Positions 37,049 to 46,175 of a stretch of 47,211 nucleotides of DNA are shown here, in pieces. Position 1 is the stretch's first letter, and the number at the start of each line of letters is the position of its first letter. The position numbers were made by a program, and so were the translations under genes. The stretch comes from Gemmatimonadota bacterium (GTDB taxonomy: Bacteria; Gemmatimonadota; Gemmatimonadetes; Longimicrobiales; RSA9): positions 2,265-49,475 of the forward strand of contig JBBDRO010000028.1 in assembly GCA_040905425.1 (NCBI GenBank). The letters are read 5' to 3'. Under the pieces are notes generated by a model, which was not told the DNA's origin, searched no databases, and saw only the letters and a list, made by a program, of their open reading frames with translations.

Positions 37049-38196
37049 GTCTCCCCCTCCAGCGGCCCGGGCGGCGGCGCCTGCCCGAGCGCGCTCGGAT
37101 CCCGGTGGGCGGCCTCGGCGGGCGTGTCCGCCAGGGCGGGATCGTGGGCGGCCTCGGCCGGCGTGTCCGCCAGCGCCGGATCGGTGCCGAAGCCGCCGCG
37201 CTCCCGCCGCACCTCCGCGCGCCGCTCGGGATGCTCCTCCAGCCAGCAGCGGGAGCGCCGCGCGTCGGGCGCCTCCAGCAGGGGCGGCGGCTGCTGTACG
37301 CAGAGCTCCCAGCCGTAGGGGCAGCGATCGTGGAAGCGGCAGCCGGTTGGCCAGTCCGTGGCCGCCGGCACGATCCCCGGGATGACGGCCAGCCGCTCGC
37401 TGCTGTGGCTGAGGCGTGGAATGGCCTGCAGCAGTCCCTCGGTGTAGGGGTGGCGCGGATCGCGGAAGATGGCCTCCACGGGCCCTTCCTCCACGATCTG
37501 GCCGGCGTACATGACCAGCACGCGGTCACACACCTCGGCTACCACCCCCAGGTCGTGGGTGACCAGCACCACGGCCATGCCCAGCCGCTCGCGCAGGTCG
37601 GCCAGCAGCTCCAGGATCTGCGCCTGGATGGTGACGTCCAGCGCGGTGGTCGGCTCGTCGGCAATCAGCAGGTCGGGCTCGCACGCCAGCGCCATGGCAA
37701 TCATGACCCGCTGCCGCTGCCCGCCCGAGAGCTGGTGCGGATAGTCATCCACGCGCTCGGCGGGGGCCGGGATGCCCACCAGCTCCAGCATCTCCACGGC
37801 CCGCGCGCGCGCCTCCTTGCGGTTCATGCCGCGATGCAGGCGCAGCGTCTCGGCAATCTGCTCCCCCACCTTGAAGACGGGGTTCAGGGAGGTCATGGGC
37901 TCCTGGAAGATCATGCCGATGTCATTGCCCCGGACGGCGCGCATCTCCTTCTCGGAGAGCTCCAGCAGCTCGCGGCCGCGGAAGCGGATGGAGCTGCCCT
38001 CCAGGATCTCGCCGGGCGGCGTGGGCACCAGGCGCATGACGGACAGGGAGGTGACGGATTTGCCGCACCCGCTCTCCCCCACGATGCCCAGCATCTCCCC
38101 CTCCGCCACGGAGAAGGAGAGGCCGTCCACGGCGCGGGCCGTGCCCGCGTCGGTGCGGAAGACGGTGCGCAGCTCCCGGACGTCGAGGATGCTCAT
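37045..38196 (-). CDS. Oligo/dipeptide ABC transporter ATPase (OppD/DppD-like)
   Basis: [35 protein letters not shown]. Start at ATG 38196 (ATGA overlap). Confidence 0.93.
   Translation of the reverse strand: MSILDVRELRTVFRTDAGTARAVDGLSFSVAEGEMLGIVGESGCGKSVTSLSVMRLVPTPPGEILEGSSIRFRGRELLELSEKEMRAVRGNDIGMIFQEPMTSLNPVFKVGEQIAETLRLHRGMNRKEARARAVEMLELVGIPAPAERVDDYPHQLSGGQRQRVMIAMALACEPDLLIADEPTTALDVTIQAQILELLADLRERLGMAVVLVTHDLGVVAEVCDRVLVMYAGQIVEEGPVEAIFRDPRHPYTEGLLQAIPRLSHSSERLAVIPGIVPAATDWPTGCRFHDRCPYGWELCVQQPPPLLEAPDARRSRCWLEEHPERRAEVRRERGGFGTDPALADTPAEAAHDPALADTPAEAAHRDPSALGQAPPPGPLEGET
37105..37182. repeat. 39-bp tandem duplication in the OppD tail ([13 protein letters not shown] x2)
   Basis: Two near-identical units differing at silent positions. 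Confidence 0.85.
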
Positions 38197-39371
38197 GAGC
38201 GCAGCCGGGGATCGAGGGCGTCCCGCAGGCCGTCCCCCACGAGGTTGAAGGCCAGCACCACCAGCACGATGACCAGCCCCGGGAAGGTGGTCACCCACCA
38301 GGCGCCGAGCAGGTTGTCCCGGCCGGCCGCCACCATGTTGCCCCACGAGGGCGTGGGCGCCTGGATGCCCAGCCCCAGGAAGCTCAGCCCCGCCTCCAGC
38401 ACGATGGTGTTGCCGATGCCCAGCGTGGCCGTGACGATCACCGGCGCCAGCACGTTGGGCACGATGTGGCGCAGGATGATGCGCGTGCGCCCGAGCCCCA
38501 GCGCGCGGGCCGCCTGCACGAACTCGCGCTCGCGCAGGGAGAGCACGTCGCCGCGCACGATGCGCGTGGTGCCCGGCCACTGCGTGAGGCCCAGCACCAG
38601 GATGATGACCGCAATGCCGGGGCTGAAGAGCGCCACGATGAGGATGAGCAGCACCAGGCGCGGGAAGGCCAGCACCATGTCCGTGAAGCGCATCACGGCG
38701 GTGTCCACCTTGCCGCCGAAGTAGCCGGCCAGCGCGCCCAGGAGCGTGCCCAGCGTGACGCTGATGGCCGTGGCCACGAAGCCGATGGCCAGCGAGATGC
38801 GCGCCCCGTAGAGGATGCGCGAAAGCACGTCCCGCCCGAACTGGTCGGTGCCCAGCCAGTAGTCGGCCCCCGGCGGGAGGTAGCCCGTGGTGGCAATGTC
38901 CTGCTGCGCGATCGGATCGTAGGGCGCCAGGAAGGGCGCCAGCAGCGCGATGAGGTAGAAGACCACCACCAGCCCCAGGCCCGTCATGGCCAGGCCGTTG
39001 CCGCGCAGCCGGCGCGAGGCAATGGACCACTGGGAGTCCCCGCGATCGTCGGTGGGGCGACCCATGGCGAACAGGTCCCGGAGCGCCCACACCCAGACGA
39101 GCACCAGCATGGCCACGAGCGTGGCCAGCGCCACCCAGTCCTCCATCGTGCCGCCGCTGAAGGCGGCCGCGATGCGCCCGCGCGCCAGGACCGCCACGGC
39201 CACCAGCGCAAGCCAGCCGAAGAGCAGCCAGCCGCCGCGCACCGCCGCGCCCGCCGCCATGTGGCCCGCGCCGGGGAGCACCAGCGTGAGGGCGCGGGCC
39301 CGGCCGGACGCCTCCTCCCGCCGGCCGCCGCGCGCGCGGGCCAGGCCGGACGCCTCGGGACGCTCAGTCAT
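38193..39371 (-). CDS. Peptide ABC transporter permease (OppC-like)
   Basis: [45 protein letters not shown]. Confidence 0.93.
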   Translation of the reverse strand: MTERPEASGLARARGGRREEASGRARALTLVLPGAGHMAAGAAVRGGWLLFGWLALVAVAVLARGRIAAAFSGGTMEDWVALATLVAMLVLVWVWALRDLFAMGRPTDDRGDSQWSIASRRLRGNGLAMTGLGLVVVFYLIALLAPFLAPYDPIAQQDIATTGYLPPGADYWLGTDQFGRDVLSRILYGARISLAIGFVATAISVTLGTLLGALAGYFGGKVDTAVMRFTDMVLAFPRLVLLILIVALFSPGIAVIILVLGLTQWPGTTRIVRGDVLSLREREFVQAARALGLGRTRIILRHIVPNVLAPVIVTATLGIGNTIVLEAGLSFLGLGIQAPTPSWGNMVAAGRDNLLGAWWVTTFPGLVIVLVVLAFNLVGDGLRDALDPRLRS

Positions 39372-40347
39372 AGCGGATGCGCGGGTCGGCCACGGCGTAG
39401 AGCACGTCGGCCAGCAGGTTGCCGATCACCACCATCACGGCAAAGAGGAAGCTGGTGGCCATGACCAGCGGATAGTCACGCTGGAAGATGGCCTCCACGA
39501 TCACCCGGCCCATGCCCGGCCAGGCAAAGATCATCTCCACGAAGACGGCGCCGCTGAAGAGGAAGGGGATGTAGAGGCCGAGCAGCGTGATCACCGGGAT
39601 GAGCGAGTTGCGCAGCCCGTGCTTCATGATCACGGTGCGCCCGGCCAGCCCCTTGGCGCGCGCCGTCCGGATGTAGTCCTGGCGCACCACCTCGAGCATC
39701 TGCCCGCGGGTGTAGCGCGCCACGCCCGCGGCCAGCGCCAGGGTGAGCGTGGCCACCGGCAGCACCAGGTGCGCCACGCGGTCCCTGATCTGCTCGCCGG
39801 CGCTCATGAAGTCATAGTCCACGCTCGTGATGCCCGTGGGCGGCAGGGAAATGGGCCAGCCCCACTCGTGCGCCTTCAGCGCAAAGACCAGCATGAGCAT
39901 GAGCGCCAGCCAGAAGGACGGCATGGAGTAGAAGAAGAGGGAGGCCACGCTCAGGGCGCCGTCGGTCACGGAGTGCTGCCGCACCGCCTGGTAGACGCCG
40001 ATGATGACGCCGAAGAAGAAGACCAGCACCAGTGCCACGCCCGTCAGCATGAGCGTATTGGGCAGCGCCTCCAGCAGGATGTCCGCCACCGGCCTGCTGT
40101 GCGCGAACGAGTAGCCCCAGTCCCCCGTGAAGAACGCCAGCATCCACTTCCAGTAGCGGACGTAGACCGGCTGGTCGAGGCCCAGGTTGGAACGCAGCTG
40201 GGCCAGGACGTCCGCGGGGATGTTGGGATTGAGGTAGAGGGAGGCGGGGTCGCCTGGTGCCAGGTTCAGAATGAAGAAGATGAGGGTGGCCACCCCCAGC
40301 AGGAGGGGGATGGCACCGAGTAGCCGACGGAGGACGTACGCCCCCAT
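39364..40347 (-). CDS. Peptide ABC transporter permease (OppB-like)
   Basis: LAPGDPA, YIRTARAKGL, KHGLRNSLIP, FAWPGMG, RDYP, DPRIRY. Confidence 0.94.
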   Translation of the reverse strand: MGAYVLRRLLGAIPLLLGVATLIFFILNLAPGDPASLYLNPNIPADVLAQLRSNLGLDQPVYVRYWKWMLAFFTGDWGYSFAHSRPVADILLEALPNTLMLTGVALVLVFFFGVIIGVYQAVRQHSVTDGALSVASLFFYSMPSFWLALMLMLVFALKAHEWGWPISLPPTGITSVDYDFMSAGEQIRDRVAHLVLPVATLTLALAAGVARYTRGQMLEVVRQDYIRTARAKGLAGRTVIMKHGLRNSLIPVITLLGLYIPFLFSGAVFVEMIFAWPGMGRVIVEAIFQRDYPLVMATSFLFAVMVVIGNLLADVLYAVADPRIRYD

Positions 40348-40416
40348 CAGCGGCCGTGGGTCATCGGCCGCGGCTCATACGCCCTGGCGCGTCGGCGGTG
40401 CGTCACCGGCCCTGGC

Positions 40417-42003
40417 TCATCCGCCGAGCGTCCATTGCGGCATGGTGAGCAGCTCGCCGCGCGGATCCATGGTCACCCCGGACACCTCGTTGCGGGTGGC
40501 AGCCAGCTCGTTCAGCCAGAACATGAAGGTGACCGGCTGCTCGCGCTGCAGCACCCGGGTGAAGTCGGCCCACACCTGGCGGGCCTCGTCCGGGTCCGTG
40601 GCGGCGCCGCCCCGCTCGATGAGGCGGTCCAGCTCGGGGATGCGCACCGCGCTCCGGTTCGTGGACTCGGCCTCGTCGGCCAGATCGGAGTGGAAGAGGG
40701 CGCCGGGCGAGGACGCCATCTGGAAGTTGTCCAGCACCCAGTTGGTGAAAACGGCGTCATAGTCGCGCGACTTGTGCGCCGCCAGCATGGTCTGGAACTC
40801 CATGACGCGGATCTCCACGTCGGCGCCCAGGCCACGCAGCTGACTCTGCAGCACCTCCACCACGGCGCGGCGCAGGGCGTCATCACTGGTGAGCAGGGTG
40901 AAGGCCAGCGGCTGGCCGTTCCGCTCGCGGATCTGATCACCGTCCGTGTCCGTCCAGCCCGCCTCCTCCAGCAGGCTGGCGGCCTGCGTGGGATCGTAGG
41001 CCAGGCCCTCCACGTCGGGGTGCAGCGGATGCCAGGGCGGGATGGTGCTCTCCGCCAGCTCCCCCTCACCGTGCAGCAGCGCGTCGATGATCTCCTGCCG
41101 GTTGATCCCCATGGCCAGCGCGCGGCGCAGGGCCGGATCGGTGAACGGCTCGCGCTCGTTGTTCCAGCCCAGGAAGTAGACGGTCCGACCCGGGAAGGAG
41201 TGCAGCTCCGCATCCGTCGAGCTCTCGATGCGGCTGGCCTGCTCCGGCAGCACGGGAATGTCCACGTGCACGCCGCCCGTGATGAGCTCCGTGAGCAGTG
41301 TGGCCGCCTCCGGCACGATGCGGAAGACCACGCGCCGCGCCTGTGCCGGTCCGCCCAAGGCCTCCGGGAAGTCCGCCGCCGGCTCGAGCACCAGGCGGTC
41401 GTTGGCGCGCCACTCCACGAAGCGGAAGGGGCCGCTGCCCACCGGATTGCGATTGAACTCGGCGTTGCGCAGGTCGGCGGCGGCAATGTCCTCGAGCAGG
41501 TGCCTGGGCATGGGCGCCCACCAGAAATCTTCCAGCGCCTGCGCGTGCGGCTCGGAGTACACGAAGCGAATGGTCTGCGCATCCAGCACCTCGGCGCTGG
41601 CCACCTTACCCAGGAACGCCGATCCGATGAGCGAGGCCGACGCCGGATCCTTGGCCATGTCGAAGGTCCACTTCACGTCCTCCGCCGTCACCGGCTGCCC
41701 ATCGTGCCAGCGCACGTCGGAGCGCAGCGTGAAGACCACGGCGGTGTCCCCCTCCTCGGTCCACGACTCCGCCAGCCACGGCTCCGGCTGGAGGTCCGCG
41801 TCATACTGGATGAGGGGGGTGAAGAGCGCGTAGTTGATGACCTCGGAGGTGTAGAGCGACGAGTTGGTGATGCTGTTGAAGCCACTGAAGTCGGAGCGCA
41901 TCCCCACGACGATGGTCTCGCCAGCGCCGCCGCCGCCGTCGCCGCCACAAGCCGCGGCCAGCAGCACAGCCGCCGTGACACCTTTGCTCCGCCAGCTGCC
42001 CAT
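40417..42003 (-). CDS. Peptide ABC transporter substrate-binding lipoprotein (OppA/AppA-like)
   Basis: Lipobox LAAAC, LAESW, WHDGQPVTAEDV, PVGSGPF, RRALAMGINR. Confidence 0.93.
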   Translation of the reverse strand: MGSWRSKGVTAAVLLAAACGGDGGGGAGETIVVGMRSDFSGFNSITNSSLYTSEVINYALFTPLIQYDADLQPEPWLAESWTEEGDTAVVFTLRSDVRWHDGQPVTAEDVKWTFDMAKDPASASLIGSAFLGKVASAEVLDAQTIRFVYSEPHAQALEDFWWAPMPRHLLEDIAAADLRNAEFNRNPVGSGPFRFVEWRANDRLVLEPAADFPEALGGPAQARRVVFRIVPEAATLLTELITGGVHVDIPVLPEQASRIESSTDAELHSFPGRTVYFLGWNNEREPFTDPALRRALAMGINRQEIIDALLHGEGELAESTIPPWHPLHPDVEGLAYDPTQAASLLEEAGWTDTDGDQIRERNGQPLAFTLLTSDDALRRAVVEVLQSQLRGLGADVEIRVMEFQTMLAAHKSRDYDAVFTNWVLDNFQMASSPGALFHSDLADEAESTNRSAVRIPELDRLIERGGAATDPDEARQVWADFTRVLQREQPVTFMFWLNELAATRNEVSGVTMDPRGELLTMPQWTLGG

Positions 42004-42030
42004 GCTCGCCTCCCTAAGAAATCGCCGCGC

Positions 42031-42966
42031 TCAGCGGCGCCAGGTCCAATCGTCCGAGCGGTAGCGCGCCAGCAGATGGAGGGCATGCCGCTGCTCGGAG
42101 GAATCCATTGGGGCCGGAGCAAAACGGGTGCCGAGGGCCGCACCGAGCGCCGCCGCGATGGGCTCCACGAGCGCGGCGGGCGCCATCACACGTCCCAGTT
42201 CGCGTGCTACCGTGGTGCTGCCATGCGACGATGACGCCGCCACTGCCGAGGGCTCCAGCCAGCCAGCCGGCGCACCCTGCGCCCCCGGATCCCGCGTGGC
42301 GGCGGTCGCCGCCACGTCCACGCGCAGGCGGGTCACCGCGGACTGGCTGCCGTCGAGCAGGATGGAGCCGTGTTGCAGGAGGGCGTCCCCCTCCCGGCGC
42401 TGCGCGCTGCCCACCAGCTTCCGGCCGCCGCACACCACCTCGCCGGCCGCGGGCACCGCAAAGCACGGCCCCGCCTCGGCCACGCTCAGCCGGCCGGCGC
42501 CGCCCGCCAGCTCGGCCGGCACGCCCACGGCGCGCAGGGCGGCCACGAGCGCCTGGTTGATGCGCAGGTAGGCCTCACGCGGGCGGCCCAGGTCGGCCAC
42601 CCGCCCCACCACGGCGTAGGTGAGCTCGTGGGTGTGAAGCACGGCCAGGCCGCCGGTGGGGCGCCGCACCAGCTCCAGCCCCGCGGCCGCCGCGGCGTCC
42701 GCGTCATAGCGGCCGCGCGCCGGCTCGTTGCGTCCGAAGGACAGGCAGGCGGGCGCCCAGCGGTAGAGCCGCAGCACGGGTGCCGCGCCCGCCCGCGCGC
42801 CGGCCAGCAGCGCCTCGTCCACCGCCATGTTGAGCGCGCCCGGCAGCGCCGCGGGCGTCCCCGGAGCCGCGTCCCCCCCGGACGCGCCACGGGCGACGGA
42901 GGCTGCGGCGCCCTCGTCGCCCGTGAACGGATCCAGGATGAGGCGCCAGGCGCCTGTGTGACTCAT
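42031..42966 (-). CDS. lipM: Lipoate-protein ligase family protein, LipM-type octanoyltransferase
   Basis: NMAVDEALL, LRLYRW, RRPTGGLAVLH, CF, KLVGSAQ, LLQHGSI. No C-terminal LplA domain. Adjacent to gcvH. Confidence 0.75.
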   Translation of the reverse strand: MSHTGAWRLILDPFTGDEGAAASVARGASGGDAAPGTPAALPGALNMAVDEALLAGARAGAAPVLRLYRWAPACLSFGRNEPARGRYDADAAAAAGLELVRRPTGGLAVLHTHELTYAVVGRVADLGRPREAYLRINQALVAALRAVGVPAELAGGAGRLSVAEAGPCFAVPAAGEVVCGGRKLVGSAQRREGDALLQHGSILLDGSQSAVTRLRVDVAATAATRDPGAQGAPAGWLEPSAVAASSSHGSTTVARELGRVMAPAALVEPIAAALGAALGTRFAPAPMDSSEQRHALHLLARYRSDDWTWRR

Positions 42967-42991
42967 ACCGGCTCGGCCGCCGGTGCCACGC

Positions 42992-43381
42992 TCACCCGTC
43001 GATGTGCGTTTCGTAGGCCGCGGCGTCGAGCAGCGCGCCCAGCTCATCGGGCTCGGTGACGCGCAGCTTGATCATCCATCCCGCACCGTAGGGATCACTG
43101 TTGATGGTGGCCGGATCGTCGGCCAGCGTTTCGTTGATCTCCACCACCTCACCGGTCACGGGGCAGTAGAGGTCACTCACCGCCTTGACCGCCTCCACCG
43201 TGCCGAAGACGTCCATCCTGCTGTACGTGCTGCCCGGCTGGGGGAGCTCCACGTAGACAATGTCACCCAGTTCGCCCTGGGCGTAGTCCGTGATGCCCAC
43301 CACGAAGACGTCATCCTCTGCCGTGGGCTTCAGGTACTCGTGTTCTTCCGTGTAGTGCAGATCCCCGGGAATCTCCGCCAT
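42992..43381 (-). CDS. gcvH: Glycine cleavage H protein / lipoyl carrier
   Basis: YTEEHEY, GITDYAQGELGDIVYVELP, lipoyl-Lys motif EAVKAVSD, INSDPYGAGW. Confidence 0.96.
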   Translation of the reverse strand: MAEIPGDLHYTEEHEYLKPTAEDDVFVVGITDYAQGELGDIVYVELPQPGSTYSRMDVFGTVEAVKAVSDLYCPVTGEVVEINETLADDPATINSDPYGAGWMIKLRVTEPDELGALLDAAAYETHIDG

Positions 43382-43458
43382 GTCCACCTCCGCTGCCGCT
43401 GCGCCAGGGCGGGTCGATCCCGCCGAGGCGGTTAGCTTAGAGGGGGGTCAGGAGGCCG

Positions 43459-43677
43459 TCAAGGAACGCGGATCTCGTTCAGTTCCCGGAGGATGGTGGT
43501 GAGGCGGCGCAGCTCCCGCTCCACGGTCTCCAGACTCTCCCGCACCTCGGGGTCGTCGGCCACCGGCTCGTCGAGCAGGAGCTGAATGTGGCCGAGCGCC
43601 GCGGTGAGGGGGTTGTTGGCGTCGTGGCGCACGCGCCGCACGAGCGCCACCATCTCGGCAAGCCGTTCATCGGACAT
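43459..43677 (-). CDS. Stand-alone HisKA (DHp) domain small protein
   Basis: 72 aa, H-box RHDANNPLTAALGHIQLLL plus a second helix. GGAGG RBS, own stop. Confidence 0.75.
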   Translation of the reverse strand: MSDERLAEMVALVRRVRHDANNPLTAALGHIQLLLDEPVADDPEVRESLETVERELRRLTTILRELNEIRVP

Positions 43678-43834
43678 GCTTCCTCCAGCCATCTACGGGT
43701 GTCATCCGAGTGTAGCGCGGCACGCGGGGCGGCGGCAAGCGGGCACCCGCCGCGCACCTCACTCGAGCCCCCACCGCGCCCTACCCTCACCCTCGCGGCG
43801 CGCCCTACCCTTGATCCCACTGCGCGCAACACCC

Positions 43835-43863
43835 TTGATCCGGCCGGGCGCATGCGTTAGCGT
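43835..43863 (+). promoter_or_regulatory. Possible sigma-70 promoter TTGATC-N17-TAGCGT
   Basis: Correct spacing immediately upstream of the structured region. Confidence 0.4.
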
Positions 43864-44012
43864 AGTCGCGACGACGCCAGCACGGCGTCGCGGGGGCCGG
43901 CACCGGGAGGCAAGGCTGAACGGTGACGGACCGCGGGATGGCCGCCGGGTTGGACCCGGTGAGCGGACCCGCCATGAAGCGCCCCAGTTTTCCCGAAAAA
44001 GGAGGTGATCCC

Positions 44013-44075
44013 TTGGCTAGTTCGAGTCTCATCCGTAACCCGACACGGGCAAGCGATCGCCGTTTCAGCGCGTAG
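44013..44075 (+). CDS. 20-aa small ORF MASSSLIRNPTRASDRRFSA
   Basis: TTG start 7 nt after GGAGG within AAGGAGGTGATCC (13-nt complement of the 16S rRNA 3' end). TAG at 44073-44075. Confidence 0.55.
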   Translation: MASSSLIRNPTRASDRRFSA

Positions 44076-44142
44076 CTGAACATCGCGAGATCTTCCCGCT
44101 ACGACGGTTGCTGAAACGCATCGCGTCGGGTTGCGGAAGACC

Positions 44143-44186
44143 AAAAGAAGCGCCCCATCGGCTGAGCCGGTGGGGCGCTTTCTTTT
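44143..44186. terminator. Strong, potentially bidirectional intrinsic terminator
   Basis: AAAAG-AAGCGCCCCATCGG-ctgag-CCGGTGGGGCGCTT-TCTTTT. Confidence 0.85.
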
Positions 44187-44226
44187 GCGGGGGTTGGGGG
44201 GGCGGGGCGGGGGCGGGCGCCGTCGC

Positions 44227-44628
44227 GCTCATGCAGCCTTCCGGCGGGGGGGGCCGGCGGCGGCGGCGGCGGGCGCGCGCTTATGCAGACTCCCGGCGTG
44301 GCGCGCGCTTACGCAGCGTGGCGCCGCCGGGCGCGCGTTGATGCAGCCCTCCGGCGTGGCGCGGGCTTATGCAGCGTGGCGCCGCGCTTATGCGGCGTGC
44401 CGGGCGGGCCGGGCGTACGATTCCCACCAAACGCGCACGCGCGGCCACCGAGCGGCGCCGTTGCAGCTCTGACCGCAATTATTGCCACAAATCCTCCAAG
44501 CGCCGGCGCGCCTCGCGCCGTTGCAGCTCTGATTGCAAATAGTGCCACAAATCCAGCAACCGCGCGTGCGGGAAGCGCGCGTGCGCTTCTGACAACATTC
44601 CCGCCGCCGCCGACCCGCGCTTATGCAG
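44227..44628. repeat. Intergenic repeat field: 7 GCTTATGCAG-like motifs plus a 45-bp direct repeat with 60-bp period
   Basis: Motifs at 44227, 44279, 44307, 44337, 44365, 44386, 44619. GCGCCGTTGCAGCTCTGA..GCAA...TGCCACAAATCC at 44455 and 44515. Confidence 0.8.
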
Positions 44629-44765
44629 CATTCCGCCCACCTCCCCGCCCCTGAGCCACACCCGCGCCCGCCCTCCCCCCCCACGCCTGGCAACCCGCCG
44701 CTGCCCACCCTACGTTAGCAACGTGGTACGTACGTTAAACGATCGATTCCACCGTGAGGCATATC

Positions 44766-45938
44766 ATGTCCGTGTTGACGCCCGACGTGGCGCACCTGCC
44801 CCTCACCAGCCTGGCCGAGGACGAGCAGATGTTCCGCGACATGGTGCGGCAGTTCGCCGAGGAAACCATCCGGCCCCTGAGCCACGACATGGACCGGGAC
44901 GCGAAGATGGACGCCGGGCTCATCGAGCAGCTCTTCGAGCTCGGCCTCATGGGCGTGGAGATCCCTGAGGAGCACGACGGGGCCGGCTCCACGTTCTTCA
45001 CCGCCGTGCTCATCGTGGAGGAGCTGTCCCGCGTGGACCCGAGTGTGGGCGTGCTCGTGGACGTGCAGAACACGCTCGTCAACAACGCCTTCCTGCGCTA
45101 CGGCACGGCCGAGCTGCAGGGGCGCTTCCTGCCGGGACTGGCCACCTCCAGGGTGGGTGCCTACGCGCTCTCGGAGGCGGGCTCCGGCTCGGACGCCTTC
45201 GCGCTGGCGTGCCGGGCGGAGGAGTTGGAGGGCGGCTTCAAGCTGACCGGGCAGAAGCTGTGGATCACGAGCGGCGGCGAGGCGGAGGTCTTCATTGTCT
45301 TTGCCACCGTGGATCCCGAGGCGGGCTACCGCGGCATCACCGCCTTCATCGTGGAGCGGGACATGCCCGGCTTCACGGTGGGCAAGAAGGAGGACAAGCT
45401 GGGCATCCGCGCCTCCTCCACCGTGGAGCTGGTGCTGGACGGCGTGGAGGTGCCGCAGGAGAACGTGCTGGGTGAGGTGGGCAAGGGCTACAAGATTGCC
45501 ATCGAGACGCTGAACGAGGGCCGCATCGGCATCGGCGCTCAGATGGTGGGTCTTGCCCAGGGCGCCCTGGACCACACGCTGGCTTACGTGCAGGAGCGCC
45601 AGCAGTTCAACCGCCCCATTGCCGACTTCCAGGGCGTGCAGTTCCAGCTGGCGGAGATGCGTACGCAACTCGAAGCCGCGCGCCTCATGGTCTACAACGC
45701 CGCCCGCCTGAAGGATGCCGGTCTACCCTTCATCGTGGAGGCGGCCATGGCCAAGCTGTACTCGTCGGAGGCGGCCCAGCGCGTGTCCTCCATGGCCATC
45801 GATCTCTTCGGTGGCAACGGCTTCTCGAAGGAGTACCCCGTGGAGAAGCTCTACCGGGATTCCAAGATCGGCACGATCTACGAGGGCACCACAAACATGC
45901 AGAAGCAGACCATCGCCAAGTACATCCTGGCGGAATAG
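44766..45938 (+). CDS. Acyl-CoA dehydrogenase (short/branched-chain type)
   Basis: YALSEAGSGSD, GQKLWIT, KLGIRASST, GRIGIGAQ, RQQF, IYEGT (catalytic Glu). Confidence 0.94.
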   Translation: MSVLTPDVAHLPLTSLAEDEQMFRDMVRQFAEETIRPLSHDMDRDAKMDAGLIEQLFELGLMGVEIPEEHDGAGSTFFTAVLIVEELSRVDPSVGVLVDVQNTLVNNAFLRYGTAELQGRFLPGLATSRVGAYALSEAGSGSDAFALACRAEELEGGFKLTGQKLWITSGGEAEVFIVFATVDPEAGYRGITAFIVERDMPGFTVGKKEDKLGIRASSTVELVLDGVEVPQENVLGEVGKGYKIAIETLNEGRIGIGAQMVGLAQGALDHTLAYVQERQQFNRPIADFQGVQFQLAEMRTQLEAARLMVYNAARLKDAGLPFIVEAAMAKLYSSEAAQRVSSMAIDLFGGNGFSKEYPVEKLYRDSKIGTIYEGTTNMQKQTIAKYILAE

Positions 45939-46046
45939 CATGTAAGCGACGACGCCCGTCCGCCTTCCGCCGCCGCGGCACGCGCCCGGAGCGCCGCCGC
46001 ATCCCCTCCATCGGGGAACGCGGCGCGCCGGGCGCTGCTCGTAGGA

Positions 46047-46151
46047 AGAGGGGTGCGCCGCGCGCTATCCAGACGAGAGGGGTGCGCCGCGCGCTACCCG
46101 GACGAGAGGGGTGCGCCGTGCGCTATCCGGACGAGAGGGGTGCGCCGCGCG
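46047..46151. repeat. 29-bp tandem repeat, ~3.6 units
   Basis: AGAGGGGTGCGCCGYGCGCTAYCCRGACG units at 46047, 46076, 46105, partial at 46134. No spacers. Confidence 0.9.
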
Positions 46152-46175
46152 TGTGGGGCCTGCGTACCGCTCGCA

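Larger units (their letters stand above)
43870..44186 (+). ncRNA. Putative structured RNA / small mRNA of unknown family
   Basis: Bounded by a candidate promoter and a strong terminator. Multiple internal helices. No long credible ORF. Confidence 0.55.

Noticed and set aside
43996..44012. 16S rRNA 3'-end fragment on the minus strand
   Set aside because: The match ends after AAGGAGGTGATCC (16S complement would continue A-x-CCGCA). It fits better as an extended SD.
43870..44186. tmRNA, SRP RNA, RNase P RNA, glycine or c-di-AMP riboswitch
   Set aside because: I could not find their hallmark motifs (tRNA-like ends and ALAA-type tag, SRP GGAA/AGCAG loop, GAGGAAAGUCC, GGAGA...CCGAAG). An Rfam search is still needed to exclude known families.
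44455..44559. Mini-CRISPR from the 45-bp repeats
   Set aside because: Only two imperfect copies separated by 15 nt.
46047..46151. CRISPR array
   Set aside because: Units are contiguous with no unique spacers, and there are no cas genes in the window.
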